Assembly: GCA_013265495.1 (NCBI GenBank)
Contig: MU058584.1
Coordinates: 4,842,508 to 4,906,507 of the forward strand
Direction of reading: 5' to 3'
DNA: 64,000 nt
DNA from: Vicugna vicugna
Lineage: Eukaryota
Below, piece by piece: positions 1-12,900 of the stretch. The position numbers and the translations under genes are program-made. The notes beneath the pieces were generated by a model, which made no database searches, was not told the origin of the DNA, and saw only the letters and a list, made by a program, of their open reading frames with translations. Position 1 is the stretch's first letter. Each line of letters opens with the position of its first letter.

Positions 1-79
1 AGAAGGCAGCAGGCAAGGGGGCCACGGGGGTGGGGAGAGGAAGGCAAATGTGCTGTTCAAATCAACTGCTCTGGGCATC

Positions 80-225
80 TTCAATTTCCCTTATGGCTAA
101 AATGGGAAAAGTGATTTCCATCTCGTGGAGTTATTTAAAGGTTTACATGAGAAATTGCATGCAAAACCTGAAGTGCCTATTGCCTGGTGCATAACAAGCA
201 CTCAGTAAATGTTAGTTGTTTATTC
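80..225 (+). mobile_element. MIR SINE, 3' part
   Basis: aaaatggg core followed by the MIR tail 'tgcctggtgcataacaagcactcagtaaatgttagttg'. Confidence 0.7.
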
Positions 226-921
226 TTTACCTGAGGAGACACACAAGAGCCCTGGCTCAGGCAGCAGCTGTCAGGATGGAGCGGAGGAAGTTGGAAATGA
301 AAGACAGGAGGCCTGAATTCTGAGTCCTTTTGTCTTGCCCTAGAGCTGAAAAGCAGTTTTATGCTGACTCTTGCTGCAGCAGGATCTGCCCTGTTGGCTT
401 CATTATAAAGCCACAAATGAGGTTCGGAGTGTTTGACTGGGCTCTCCTGGGCTCTCAGGTAGAGCCAGCAAAACCAAGAGCTGGTCACCAGCAAGAGAAG
501 CTGGTTAAAGGTAGAGACACAGCAGAGGCACCGTGATTATCTGCTTGAAGGCTCCTGTTCCTGCAGGCGTCCAGGCACATCCTGCTTCCGCCCCCTGGTG
601 CATGATGATCAGCTTCAGATTCCTGAGCAGGAGAGCCTGGGTGGGGGGCCCTCAGTGCAGAGCAGTGGACACAGTCAGTGTTGGGAAGGAGGCCCAGACA
701 TGGAGAGCAGCTTTTGGGAGCCCCAAGCAGGTGTTACTTACAGGGAGAGCTTGAGGGTATCATGAAGGATGCCTGCCCACTGATTTTCTCTTGGTCTGAA
801 GCCCCACCATTAGGAACTGAATTGTTTGGTTTTAAAGGCTCCTTGTCTCCGGCTGAATGAAAAGTATTCCAAGGAAAAGTAGTATCATTAAGGGAAGGGA
901 TAACAGGCATGATGGAAAACA

Positions 922-1087
922 GTAATAATAATGGTAGCAATCAGTATCTATGGAGAACTGCTTAGTGTGATAGGTATGTTTTACTCATTGCCTCATTTAA
1001 TTGTTCTGATAGTCCTATTATATGAATATTGTTACATGAGTTCATGGAAGCCCAGAGAAGTTAAGAAACTTGCTTAGAAACACAGCG
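922..1087 (-). mobile_element. MIR SINE
   Basis: 'aataataatggtagc...tcatttaat...gcccagagaagttaagaaacttgc..cacagc' matches the reverse MIR pattern. Confidence 0.7.
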
Positions 1088-1419
1088 CTTACCTCTCTGA
1101 GAGCATTGTGACAGAGAGCGAGGACAAGGGCGAGAGTGGGAGGAGGTGATGCTGGGTAAGGGACTTGGCAGGTGTCTTTGGAGGAGAGAGAAAAGGAGGG
1201 ATGAGAGGGTAGAGAAGAAGTTAAATTCTGGCCAAGACTAGCCCTGTTTGCCTCATAATCATTGGATTCTTACATTTGCCTTTGTCCCTGGTTCTCTCAG
1301 CTCTTATCTTAGCTTGGAGGCTCAGAGATGACCATGGGACTTCTACGATGGGGTGGGTTAGAGTTAAGGACTCCAAATAGGACTGTCTTTTTTTTTTTTT
1401 GTAAGAACTTTAGTGTTTG

Positions 1420-1826
1420 TTTTTTTTTTAATTGAAGTGTACTTGATTTACAATGTTGTGTTAGCTTCTGGTGTACAGCATAGTGATTCGGTTATACACA
1501 TATATTCTTTTTCATATTCTTGTTCTTTATAGGTTATTATAAGATATTGACTGTAGCTCCCTGTGCTATACAGCAGGACCCTGCTGTTTATCTCTTTTAT
1601 ATATAGTAGTCGGTAACTGCAAATCCCAAGCTCCTAATTTTTGCCTCCCCCCTTTCCCCCTTAATAACCATAAGTTAGTTTTCTATGTCTATGGGTCTCC
1701 TTCTGTTTTGTAAATAAGTTCATCTGTCACTTTTTAAGATTCCACATATAAGTGATATCATATGGTATTTATCTTTCTTTGTCTGACTTACTTAGTATGA
1801 TAATCTCTAGGTCCATCCATGTTGTG
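1420..1826 (-). mobile_element. 5'-truncated L1, 3' UTR plus end of ORF2 (artiodactyl-type)
   Basis: poly(T), then 'aattgaagtgtacttgatttacaatgttgtgttag...agattccacatataagtgatatc...gtccatccatgttg'; same family as 34122-34696 and 36591-37011. Confidence 0.9.
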
Positions 1827-1899
1827 CCAGTTTAGTTTTATCCAAGTTTATCCAGCCGTAGTCAGAGAGAGCGAAACGGACCTCTTCTGACCTAGACAG

Positions 1900-1985
1900 G
1901 GGACTAATAGTCTTTGCATTCCCCATGCAAGACCCAGAGTATGGTACGCAGTAGGTGCTCAATAGATGCTCACTGAAGGAATGTT
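1900..1985 (+). mobile_element. L2 3' end
   Basis: 'cagtaggtgctcaatagatgctcactgaaggaatg' is an L2 tail. Confidence 0.6.
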
Positions 1986-2389
1986 ACCCAGGGAGTCCCA
2001 ACTGGAACTCAGGCTTGCTCTCCTCAGAGCCCTGCAGATCCCTCTGGCTGCTCTCCCTGTTTCTAGTAATGAAGGAATTACAGGCCTCTCCGCTTGTAAA
2101 TTCAGGAGGGACCAGATGAGGATCCAATGCAACTAAGCTTCATTGTTCATTAACAATTGCTTACCCAGCTCCTCTGGACCATTTAAAATTTTAACCCTGA
2201 ATTCTAAGTTTCCAACCAGGAAGTGGACAGAGAGGCTATAGATGGAAAAAGAATCTGGCCAGATTTTCAAGGTCATGGTGACACATGTGTCTTAGACACG
2301 GGGGTAGAAAGGCTTGATGGTCTCCCAGGTGTGTCTCAGCCAGTAAGCAGTCAGTGGAAAACATGTGGTAACCCAGGCAGTCCCCAAAT

Positions 2390-2550
2390 GGTAGAGGAGA
2401 AAGCACTGGATGTTAGGAGATCTTGGTGTTGCCGCTGGCTCTATGACCTTGGACATCACGTTTATTCTTTGGGCTTCAATTTGCTCATCTGTAAATTGGG
2501 ACATTGGATTAGATGAGCTGCATTTGAAAAGACATGAAGCCTTCTGAGGT
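2390..2550 (+). mobile_element. MIR/MIR3 SINE
   Basis: 'tgaccttggacatcac...ctcatctgtaaattggg...ggattagatga' core plus MIR3-like tail. Confidence 0.7.
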
Positions 2551-4024
2551 CCCCTGGGGTGGGTCTTACTTTGATCTGTTTAAATATTGTGCTGTTATTC
2601 AAGGTATCAATGGACAAAACAGCACTAATGCCTGACACATCAGGGGTCCCATCCGACGTGAGTCTATGTATCTGTAAAAGAAATAACCCCAACCTGGATG
2701 CAAAAAGTTTGAGCTGTTGATCCGTAGATAGAAAGTCCCATTGGAAGGACGCCACAGAGCCGAGGTACCCCTACGCTATTCCTACTACCGCTTTTCTAGA
2801 TGCACCACTTTTGGGTTAAGACTTGTGGCTCTAGGGAACTCCTGGTAAAATACAAATAATTATGTGGCTATTCTCCCGTCATTATTAATACCCTGAATGA
2901 CCTGCGGCTCCAATTCATAGACATTTTAAATCTTAAACCTTCACTTCTCCATACCACCACTTCTAGCATTTCTGTTCTCCTTGGAAAATTTCCATGTGAA
3001 GTCCTGGATTCTGATATTTAAAATATATTCATCAATTTGTCCCTCTCCCCATCAATCCAGGAAATTTTGGAAGAGGTTTTGTTCTCTGGAGTATAAGAGA
3101 AGAAGGAGAGGGAATGCCTGGGACAACCCAGCATCCTTTGCTATACTAGCCAGGCTGCCCTGAAGATGAAGTCAGACTTAATTAAACTAGAACCATTTTA
3201 GTCCTCACTCTCCGGCAAGCCCAGCTAGTTAGGCGTGCTTTGAGGACTTGAGAAACTGGGGAATGTTTGATGTGAGGCATGAGATAGAAGGAAGCTGCTT
3301 CTAGTAAGTAAACTATCTGTTGTGGAATGATTGTCTACCTTGATTCCACTTTCCAGGGACCTGAATCCACACATCTTGCAGATTTTGAGAGGAGCCCTGG
3401 GGGCAGAGAAACACTTGGCTGAGCTCCCAATATTGTTACTCGATTGCTGGCTCTTCTGGAACTAGGCTTCTAAAGAGTCTGAGAATAAGTTTAAGTTTGG
3501 AAATATTGTGAACAACCCATGGCCCCAGTTTTAAGTCTGAGGCCTGTTCTTCAGTGCCAGGCTCTTGCAAAGGTGCTTTGAATTAAGAGAAATATTTAAG
3601 AAAAACTATAAATAAATTCTGTGGACTTAGGATTTTTGAAGGTTTCTACCTTCAGTTTTTTTTTTTTTTAAAAGGTAGTACTTTGAAGTGAGGCATATTA
3701 ACATTGTTAAAGACTTGGGGGGGAGGGGTACTGACCAAGTACAATGGTTTGTTGAGACATGTAAATCATGGATGTGATTCAATTTTCTTTATTTTCCAAA
3801 CTTGATATCATATGGTTCTATTGCTTTATAATTAAATAAAAACTTGAGAAATTGTTTGCTGGAAAATAATGAGCGCTAAAATATTGGTGGTTGTGTTTGC
3901 AATCTTTATTCCAACTCCTGAACCTGTTACATTCTGGCTTGCATCCTGCTTACTGCCCTGAATTTGAGTCACCAGTGCTTGGCAAAACAAAGAACCCTTT
4001 TTAGTCTCCACAGTCTTTAACTGT

Positions 4025-4720
4025 TTGGACCATTTTCTTCCTGGAAGTCCGAAGTGTCACCATTTCCTGGGTCCTTCCTATCCGTATCTCCTTCATGGAA
4101 GCCTCTTCACTCACCTGCTTGAACATCAGTGTGTCTCTTCTTACTCCCTGCCCTGATGGCGAGTGACCTCATTTAGAACCAACTTCACCTTCCGCTGATG
4201 AGCACGGATTATCTCCAGCCAGACTTCCTTCTGATGTCCCAGTGCTCCTGAGCTCTACTGGGAACTCTGGTAGAACAGACAGAGGCATCAGAAATTCAAT
4301 GCATTAAATCCCTGGCCAAACATGCACCTTCTTCAATGTTTCTCATTCCCTTGTAGGACATCTCAGGCCCCTGAGTTGTCCTCTTTAAGGATGACTCCTC
4401 TTCCGTACTTGTGCTGCCTCTCTTTCCCAGAGAACCAGTCACAACTTTTTATACTCTTTCTAACCTTTCCCATACCCATTCATCACATCTCTATCCTCAC
4501 TGATGTGGCCTTGGATCAGTTTTCATTGCTTCTTACTTGGGTTACTATAAACATTTTTCCTGCCACCAGTGTTTTCTGCTCTCCAGTACATCTTCATACT
4601 GCTGATTGTCATCTTTCTCAAATTCAGTTCCCAAATTGATCATGTCACTTTCTGGGCAAAAATCCTCTAGTGGATTTTTCTGGATGTGCTTCTTGGTAAA
4701 TCCATTCAAGGTCTGTTTTT
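4025..4720 (+). mobile_element. L2 LINE fragment
   Basis: pyrimidine-rich L2 3' region with 'atctccagcc', 'gatcatgtcact...aaaatcctctagtgg'. Confidence 0.65.
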
Positions 4721-5014
4721 TGCTTACCTTTGCAGTCTCATTTCTCTTCTCTTGGCCACATATGTCCTTTGCTTGACATTACATAGTCAAGACCTCAGCT
4801 TCCAGTGATTTTTTTTTTGCTTCTTTTTGTCCGAACTTGCTGTCCTTTGAGCTTTCCCAGATCTACCTGAACTCACCATGTTTAAAATCCTAATGATTTA
4901 ATGATAGCAAACTTACGGCACTTATTCACAATAAAATTTGCATTTTCTTTAGGGAAGTGCCCATATAAATTACTCACATAAATCAATGGGAACATACACA
5001 CAAAAATGGGAAAA

Positions 5015-5617
5015 TATATTTATATTATAATTGGAAATTTTTACCTTTTGACTACCTTCATCCAATTTCCCCTCCCTCCACCCTTCACTTCTGGTAACCA
5101 CAGATCTGATCTCTTTTTCTATGATTTTTTTTTTTTTGAAGTATACTTGACCTATAGCACTATGTTAGTTTCTGTTACACAACATAGTTATTTGGGATTT
5201 CTATACATTTCAAAATGATCATCATGATAAGTCTAGTTATGATATGCCACCATACAAAGGTTTTATAATATTAGTGACTATATTCCCCACACTTTACATT
5301 TCACACCCATGACTCATTTATTTGGCAACTAGGAGTTTGTACCTCTTATCTCCTTCACCTATTTCTTCCCTCCCCTACCCCCCACCCTCAGGCAATCACC
5401 TGTTTGTTCTCTGTAGCTATGACTCTGTTCCTGTTTGGCTACATTTATTCATTTGTTGTGTTTTTTAGACTCTACATATGAGTGAAATCATACAGTATTT
5501 GTCTTACTCTGCCTGACTGATTTCACTTGATGTAACATCCTCTAAGTCCATCCATTGTTGTCACAAATGGCAGGATTCCATTCTTTTTTATGGCTGAGTA
5601 ATATTCCATTCACACAC

Positions 5618-5676
<59 letters not shown>

Positions 5677-5786
5677 ATCTCACTTCTTCTTTATCCATTC
5701 TTCTATTGGTGGACACTTGGATTGCTTCCATATCTTGGCTGTTGTAAATAATGCTGCAGTGAACATAGGGGTGCATATCTTTTCAA
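5015..5786 (-). mobile_element. L1MA-type (L1MA9-like) 3' fragment
   Basis: 'gactcatttatttggcaactaggagtttgtacctc', 'gagtgaaatcatacagtatttgtc', 'ggctgagtaatattccatt', 'aataatgctgcagtgaacatagggg'. Confidence 0.85.
5618..5676. repeat. (CTAT)n microsatellite, about 14.75 units, inside the L1
   Basis: read directly. Confidence 0.97.
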
Positions 5787-6239
5787 GCAAATTGTTCAGC
5801 TACTCTAATATGGCTTCATGTATCATCATTAGAATTAATGTAATAACTTATTTCTGGAGAAATAACACATAGTTATCACCCTGCCTTCACAGTTGAGGGA
5901 CTGGGTGGATTTAAAAAAAATCTAAAACTTCTGATTTGGTTTGCAAATAATTTGGACATATGACAATGCTTTTGAGGGGTTAAGCTGTGAGAGTTAATTT
6001 TGGCCAAAACAAAATTAAGATGAATGCCCCATTGTCATTATTGGTCTCATCAGCAGGAAAGGACAGCCAAGGATTCAACATAGTCTTCTTTCCCTGGTTT
6101 ACTAAGTGTTAATACTCAATCAGATTCATTAAAAAAAAATTGTCCTGTGCTGAAATAAAAGTATTGAGTGCATGTGTGTTTTTTTATGTTTTTTCAGTGC
6201 TGATATGCAGTCACTATTCTAGGTCTATTGCTAGGATTA

Positions 6240-6400
6240 CTTTTATTAGTTGCTTTTGTGTGTCCTTAGGCAAATTCCTTAACTTCTTTGAGGCTCAGTT
6301 TTTTATCTGTAAAAGGAAAACAACACTGGCAATCATACCCCCATCACAGGCCCCCTGGACGTGTGCGTGAGTTTACCTGGCACGTGGTGGGTCCTCACTC
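6240..6400 (+). mobile_element. MIR SINE
   Basis: 'tgtgtccttaggcaaattccttaacttctttgaggctcagtttttttatctgtaaaagg' core. Confidence 0.75.
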
Positions 6401-7269
6401 AGTCCGGGTCCCACTGATGCAGACACATGTACAGAACACACGGGCTCAGATGCAGAAGGAAGAATACTGCTTTCACACAGACAGGAAAATTGTCCAACGA
6501 ATCACCGAGAGATGAAGCCATACTGAAGAAAAAGAATGGCTAAGGCAGGCAAGTGGACTGTTTCATAGCAACTCCTGAAGGCAAGACTTACCATTTTTGG
6601 TGATCATTAGTGTGTTTCATTTTATATGCTTGTTGGTTGCTGGCCAGCCATGAGATCTTATAAGAGTCTGGATTAAAATTTATGATTCTGTTTCTTCCAA
6701 TGACTCATCCCCACCTATCCTGGCACTATTTTCAGGAAAAGCTGGTATGGATCTTTTGGGAACTTAGTTCTCAGAATCCTATCTATAAAGCGATCATTTA
6801 AAAGCTTTTTATTTCGTAGTGGGTGATGCAATGTTTATTTCTTTGTGAAGGGGAGAGGGAGTGGGTGGGGTTGAACAGAGGCCAAGGGGATCAGGGCAAG
6901 GAAAGAGTGAGGATAAAATTGGTTACAAATCTCTGGCACTGTTTTCTAAATTATGCTATGACATTTGGACTCTTTTTCAGGTATTCAGATTTCCTCTGAA
7001 GTCTTACATTGCTCTCCTGTTATTGCAGTTTCTGGGGGCGGTCCCTGAGGTTCCCCAGGGCAGGCTCTGTCTAGAATTAGCTGACAGGGTAGATCAGTGT
7101 TTGCCAGCTTGAGGCTTCTCTGGGACTAGCTGAGGAGTGGTGGGGCCCAGAGCCAAATGAGGGTGTGGTCAGGGCCTGGGGCCCATCACTCTGGGAGCAC
7201 CCTGAGATGCTTTTCTCCAGAACGCGTCTGGGCTGGAGTGGGAACAGCATCTGAGTACCAATGTGCAGG

Positions 7270-7445
7270 TCCCAGGTCTGATTAGTGAAATGGTTACCAG
7301 CAAGTCACTTAAGTTTTTTGTTTCTCATTTTCTACATTTGAAATGTGGGAATGATGCTCTCTGCTCTACGGAATTGTTTTGAGGCTCAAGTGATAATAAT
7401 TTATATGGAGAACAAGGGAGCACAGTGTAAGTGCAAAACACTTCA
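7270..7445 (+). mobile_element. MIR SINE
   Basis: 'gcaagtcacttaag...tctcattttt...gttttgaggctcaagtgataat'. Confidence 0.65.
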
Positions 7446-7544
7446 GGCTAACACCGACATCCTGGGCTACATGAAGGATGGAAATGTCACCAAAAGGGCA
7501 ATAGTGACAAATGGAGGGGTGGAGTAAGCAGACAGGGAATACTG

Positions 7545-7770
7545 AGTGCCGGCTAAGAAAGAGCTCAGACCTGGATCTGCATCCTAATGCTTTCACATTC
7601 TGCATGTGTAACATAAGCATGTTATTTAAGCTCTGTTAGTCTCAGTTTCATCAACTGTGAAATGGGAATTATAAACTGTTTCCCACCTGGGCTGTTTTGA
7701 GGATGAAACGGAAAGGGCATGCGTTGTGCTCGCCACCACGTTGTAAGCCCTCAGGGCTTATTAGCAACAT
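7545..7770 (+). mobile_element. MIR SINE
   Basis: 'cagacctggatctgcatcct...ctcagtttcatcaactgtgaaatggg...gttttgaggatgaaa'. Confidence 0.7.
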
Positions 7771-8056
7771 GGAAATAGGCCTGGCGGCTGTAGCAGCTCT
7801 GAGTTACCAGGAGACTACGGGTATGTGAGACTTAGATCCTTTCCTCTTCCCCAGGTTCTTTTTGCCCTAAATGGTGGAGATACAATGGAGAAAACACAGA
7901 AACTGAGATAATTTCCTAATTTGTCGTAACGTAGGTGTTCTCTTGCCTGAATGCAGAAATCTCACGGGTTTTAGTACTTTCAGAAGGGGGTTGGTCATAT
8001 TGACTGAATATTTTTTTAGGGTGGCCTTATCTCTGAGGTGGTCTAAGAACACAGGT

Positions 8057-8285
8057 ATTCATTTGTTCATTCATTTATTCATTCATTCATTCAACAAACT
8101 TTTGCTGAGCACTTACTATGTTGCAGGACGATGAGCTAGGACTGCAGTGGTGAGCAGGAAAAAACAAAATTCCTGCCCTAAGGTAGCATACGCTGTGGTG
8201 GGGAAGGCAAAAAAGTTATATATTTAATGTGTGGTATGTCGTCACAAATGTTAGCTGGAAAAATAAAGTAAGGAAAGGGGACAGT
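8057..8285 (-). mobile_element. L2 3' end
   Basis: (ATTC)n tail then 'caacaaac...tgagcacttactatgttgcagg'. Confidence 0.75.
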
Positions 8286-8581
8286 GATGATGTTGGGAGG
8301 CCTCGGGCTGGGACAGCAGCCACCCTCCCCTACTCTGAACCCAGGAGTGCAGACAGCAGGGCATAGATCAGAGGGCGCCGACCCTGATTGCCCTTGGTGA
8401 CTGTATTTCCTCACCCGGGGAATTGTTTGGCGAAATGAAAAGAAATGAGAGTGACCATATTTATCCACTCTGTCCATAATGGGAGACAGTGAGGTTGACC
8501 GTTATGATGTCCAGGCTAACTAGGATAAGGCAGGTGACAATCTTTTCCTGTCTGTACCCCTGTCCTGGGCCCACCACCCTC

Positions 8582-8616
8582 TGTGTGTGTGTGTGTGTGT
8601 GTGCGTGAGTGAGTGT
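8582..8616. repeat. (GT)n microsatellite, imperfect at the 3' end
   Basis: read directly. Confidence 0.95.
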
Positions 8617-8804
8617 GGGGACTGGGCCTGGGGTCGGGTACGGAGGTGGATGGTTAAGGACACAAAAAGTCTGGCTCAGAACACTTAAAATGCAGACCTC
8701 GTTTGGCAGGGCTTTCTGTGACTCGGATATATTATCTTCACAGCTCCCAGTTCCATGGGACATTTGTGCAGATAAAATTGATCAGCAGCAGAGGGAAAAT
8801 AGCC

Positions 8805-8840
8805 GTTGCCTAGGCAACCAGCTGATGACTCATCCTGGCA
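8805..8840. promoter_or_regulatory. candidate enhancer core: RFX X-box + E-box + AP-1
   Basis: GTTGCCTAGGCAAC (8805-8818), CAGCTG (8819-8824) and ATGACTCAT (8825-8833) are contiguous. Confidence 0.5.
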
Positions 8841-10369
8841 CTGAAGCAGCAAAAGCCATAAGACTGCAGTAATTTTCCAGGTGCTTAACCTGTCCTCCTC
8901 TCCCTTCCTCTTTCTTTGTTTCCCACTATCCATCCTTTATTTCTCTCTCTACACCCACTTCCCTGGTCCTCCTAAAACTCCACCGTGCACTCTGCAGGCT
9001 CTCCGTGGTGCCTGCTGGGTCCTGAGCTCTCTGGAGCATTTGTACAGACCCTGCCCCACCAGTAATGTGTGGCTTAATCTGCTGCTGCTCCTTATCTCTA
9101 GCAACCAGGAAAAGGCTGGGCTGCAGCAGTCGGATGCCACTGAGCCCCCGAGATGCCTCAAGGGAGTCGAGCACTTTTTCTTCTAATCTAAGCTAACCTG
9201 AGCTCACCCATTTATCTTAGAGATTTGCAGTGCGTTCTTCAGAGGAGGGAGAGCTATACCTTGGGCTTCCCAAGCAAAATTCTGAAAATGATGCTTAAAG
9301 GCGACAAAGCTCCTAATTTACTCTCTGCCATTCCAGGCCTTTCTTAATTATCCATTATAATCCTCTCTAAAATGCAAAGTGATGGAAGTTTAAACCATTC
9401 CCCATCCAAAAGCATTTTCACTTTAAGAAGGGGCTTCAGAGGCAAAATATTTCAAGACCTAGAGGAAAACAATTGTTAGCCTTTCAGATACAGAAAGAGG
9501 CACTGGGGCTTGGGCTGTGGGCTATGCCGGTAAGAGGGTCTTTCTCTGCACGTCATATGTATAGCACCTACGTGGTTGCTGATTCTGACTTGTAACATTT
9601 TCTATGTTGGATACAGGCTGGCGCCTCAATTCTGCACCCCATCCGCATTTGCACATATGCACTCCATTTACATGTGTGTCTGTTTGTGCACACACACACA
9701 CATATACCATCTTTAGCAGTGACAGCAGCCAATGGGGAAGTGACAGCCAACTCCCAGTGGTGAAGGTTGGTGTATTCACTTTTACTTATTGGATGTATAT
9801 CAAGCATTTATTATGCAAAATGTGGCAGTGGGCAGTGGGATTGGAGTGTCTGCATTCTCTCAAAATACCTTGCAGTCAGAAGGGAATAAAGTCAAGCAGA
9901 CAAATGCTTGGGAGTCCACCCTCTGGGTCCCTTTGCTGCTCTGTGCCTTTTAAAAGAATTTAATTGGCTCGGGTCTAAGAGATCTGTCTCACTGGTGCTC
10001 CCTCTGTCCCATTGCACTGTCACCCCACCATGTAGGTGACCAGCCTGCAAAGCCACCAGGTGTGAGACAGCTGCTCATTTCCTTCATGGAACTGCTTTGA
10101 AGAGAGCTCTGCTCTGATCTCAGGCGCACGTTGGGCCTGTGTCTCGGGCACCCTCATGATCAGAGAGGAAGCTGCACTGCATGTCCTCCCAGCTCTTGAA
10201 ACACTTAAATACAGAGAAACATGAGCTTTTTGAGATGGGTGAGACCTGAGAAGACACTCTACCCATCTATCTAGCGCAGGCATCGCTTCTAAAGCACCCT
10301 TCATGGCAGTCATCTCATTGGGCTTAAATGTACAGGAATGGGAGCTGCTTTTCTCACAAAGCAGCCCAT

Positions 10370-10810
10370 TTCATTTATTCATATTCATTTATCTATTCAT
10401 TTATTGAGCAATTCCTTTATTCAATACAGATTAATTGAATGCCTATGGTATGTTAAGACACTGGAGATGCAATGGTGAGCAAAATATAGTCCTGCCAGCA
10501 TAGGGTTTACAGTCTCTTGGGGAAGTGGAGTCAATGGACAACCAAACAGCCTATGATCACCATCTAGGAAGAGAGCTATGAGACCATAATGTAGGGAACT
10601 CTGGTCCAGCAGGGCTGGGAGGCAGGGCCAGGAAAGTCCAGGGATAGCTTCCTTGGGAAAATGATGCAAGGGCCAGAGTCAAGGTAGCTGGGGTATGGAG
10701 TGGTGGCGGGGAGAGGGAAGAGCATTCATGACAGAGGGAATACACTGCATAAGAAAGCACCTTGAGGTGAGGGGGACAAGGGTAGGCTTTAGAAGGAGTG
10801 AAGGAGAAGT
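10370..10810 (-). mobile_element. L2 fragment
   Basis: 'ttcatttattcatattcatt...ttgaatgcctatggtatg...ggagatgcaatggtgagcaaa...gtttacagtct'. Confidence 0.75.
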
Positions 10811-10908
10811 GGCTGGCGGAGCTGACAACTGATGGAGCATGGCTTCCAGGACACTGCAGTGGAGGTGCCTGTTGACTTGCAGGGCAGCCCAGGTGGGAAG
10901 CCACAATG

Positions 10909-11066
10909 GTTTCTTCCTACTCTTCCTTCCTCTTCCCTTTTTTTCCTTTTCCCCTTCCTCTGCCACTTCTCCTTTCTACATCGCCTGTCATCTTCTCTTT
11001 CTCTTTTCCTTCCTCCTGCTTCCCCTCTCCTGTCCTCCTCTCCTTCTCCTTCTCCTCCTCCTTCTT
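10909..11066. repeat. CT-rich low-complexity tract
   Basis: near-continuous pyrimidines. Confidence 0.85.
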
Positions 11067-11924
11067 TGTGGGGGCACCATTATCTAGTTTAGTCATTCTC
11101 AGCAACTTCATCTGCTGAGGAGCAAAAATTTCAGTTTCAAAGCTTAGTGTGAAATAAAAATATAAGTAGTCCTTTTGGAGTAAACATGCTTAGACTTGGC
11201 TGCCCATACTTGCAACTCATCAAGATGGCTTCTAAGAGTATTTGGGTGGGTTTTGGCTTACTTGGTATTTGTAGCAGTGTGACAAAAGGGACCTTGGAGC
11301 CCTGTAGTGACCTGGACTCTCTTCTGATTCTTTTGGTCTCTGCAGCAATGCTCCTTGTCTTCCAGGCCACTGCTTGCTCTGCTGATGCTGGCGGCTGCCG
11401 TCTGCTGCTTGTGCACCTCATAGCTGGGACATTCGCTGATACTCTCTTTCTCTCCCTCTATCTCCCTCCCTCCCTCAAATTGGTCAGAGCCCAGCAATTG
11501 CCTCCTGGATGATTCAGCCTCCCTCCAGCTCTTGCTGTGTTTCTGTTTTTGTCCTCCAAATGGCCTTTGCAAGGAGAACCTTCTCTGTGCTGTGGAGAAC
11601 CCTGTGGTCTGGGAAGCCAGTCTTGATTCTGGATTAAGCCAAAAGAGGTAAAGGAATAAGAATAAGTAAGATAAAGGAATTCAGAAAAAACTTTTCTTGC
11701 ATGGCTTGCAGTAAAATCCCATTTGAGTCAAAATCTGGATACTAACTCCCTTCCTCCCCTTGACATTCTTCCTTTACAGTCCTCATCTTTCCGCAGCAGA
11801 TAGATGTTCTGGCCATCTGAGGAGAAGTTGATTTTTTGAGAGAAGGCAAAAGATAAAAGTGTGTGGGGGTGTGTGTATGTTTCAAAATAGGATTTCTGTT
11901 ACTATACTATTTTAAGAATTTGGG

Positions 11925-12900
11925 GTTCTTTTCCCTAAGATCCTTAAGAAATCACTGAACCATATTTAGCAAGGAAGTGAGAGGTTCAGATCTGCATCTC
12001 TATAAAGATCCTGATGGCTGCTGTAGGGAATGGGTTGGATGGGTAAGCTACATGCAGCAAATCAACCAGCAGTTACTTGCTGGTGGCAAAAGAGATAAAT
12101 GGTGACGCGCTTGAGAGACATTTAGGAGATCTGGAGACAGGAAGTGAAGGTGAATCAGATGTGAGGTTGAGGAAAGGTAGGCATGAAGCAAGAGGCTCAA
12201 TTTCTGCTTTAGGTGACTGTAGAGAGATTTTGGAAACTATTTAATGAAAAGGGGGAAAAAATCAGAGGAGACCCAGATTGAGAGAGTTGGGAAGATTGTA
12301 GTAAGTCCAGGAGGGCATTTGGAGTGTCTTTGAGAAGTGTAGAGGTGACCGGTAAGGGCATATCTGAGTCTGGAGCTAGAGGAGGGTCGTTCGTGTGTGT
12401 AAGTGAGTGTTGGTGCGGTGGAAGCAGGCAGTCCAGGGAGGGAGCACAGAGGGAGAAGAGAAGTGGGCCTTGAGGAGCCCAGGCAATGGGCAGAAGAAGG
12501 AGTAGACGAAGGGGATTTATAGCAAAAGGGAGTCTTCCTACTGAAGATGGAAGATGGGAAGGACTGGAGCACATGTAAACACACAATCCTGAGACAGTGA
12601 CAACGTGACATAGGATCTCTGAAAAGGGGACAGTGGATGGGTCTAGAGCACAGCTGTAGGGTTCACCCCAGAGAGGACAGGAGCACCTCTTCCCCTGTGG
12701 CATAACGGAGGGTGGCCAGGGTGGCCTGGAGCAGATACATTTGTAGTGGGATCCAAGGAGTTAAGGGGCTTTCCGTCAATGGCCTCTATTTCCTTTGTCA
12801 CAAAGAAGACAAGGTCCTCTTGAGATGGATAAGGGATACTGGTTGGGCAGGGGGCTGGCTGTAAGGGGTGGTTAAGGAGGTGTTGCTGAGGAAATAGGAG
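11925..12900 (-). mobile_element. L2 LINE fragment
   Basis: purine-rich reverse L2: 'agcaaggaagtgagaggttcagatctgcat..aaagatc', 'gagtctggagctaga', 'gatggcctctatttcc'-like, 'gttgctgagga'. Confidence 0.7.

Noticed and set aside
10906..11118. Low-complexity Ser/Phe/Pro or Lys/Glu ORFs
   Set aside because: Translation artefacts of a CT-rich tract.
11258..11430. - strand coding exon ending at an AA|GTAAGC donor
   Set aside because: No convincing acceptor and no recognisable peptide in any frame.
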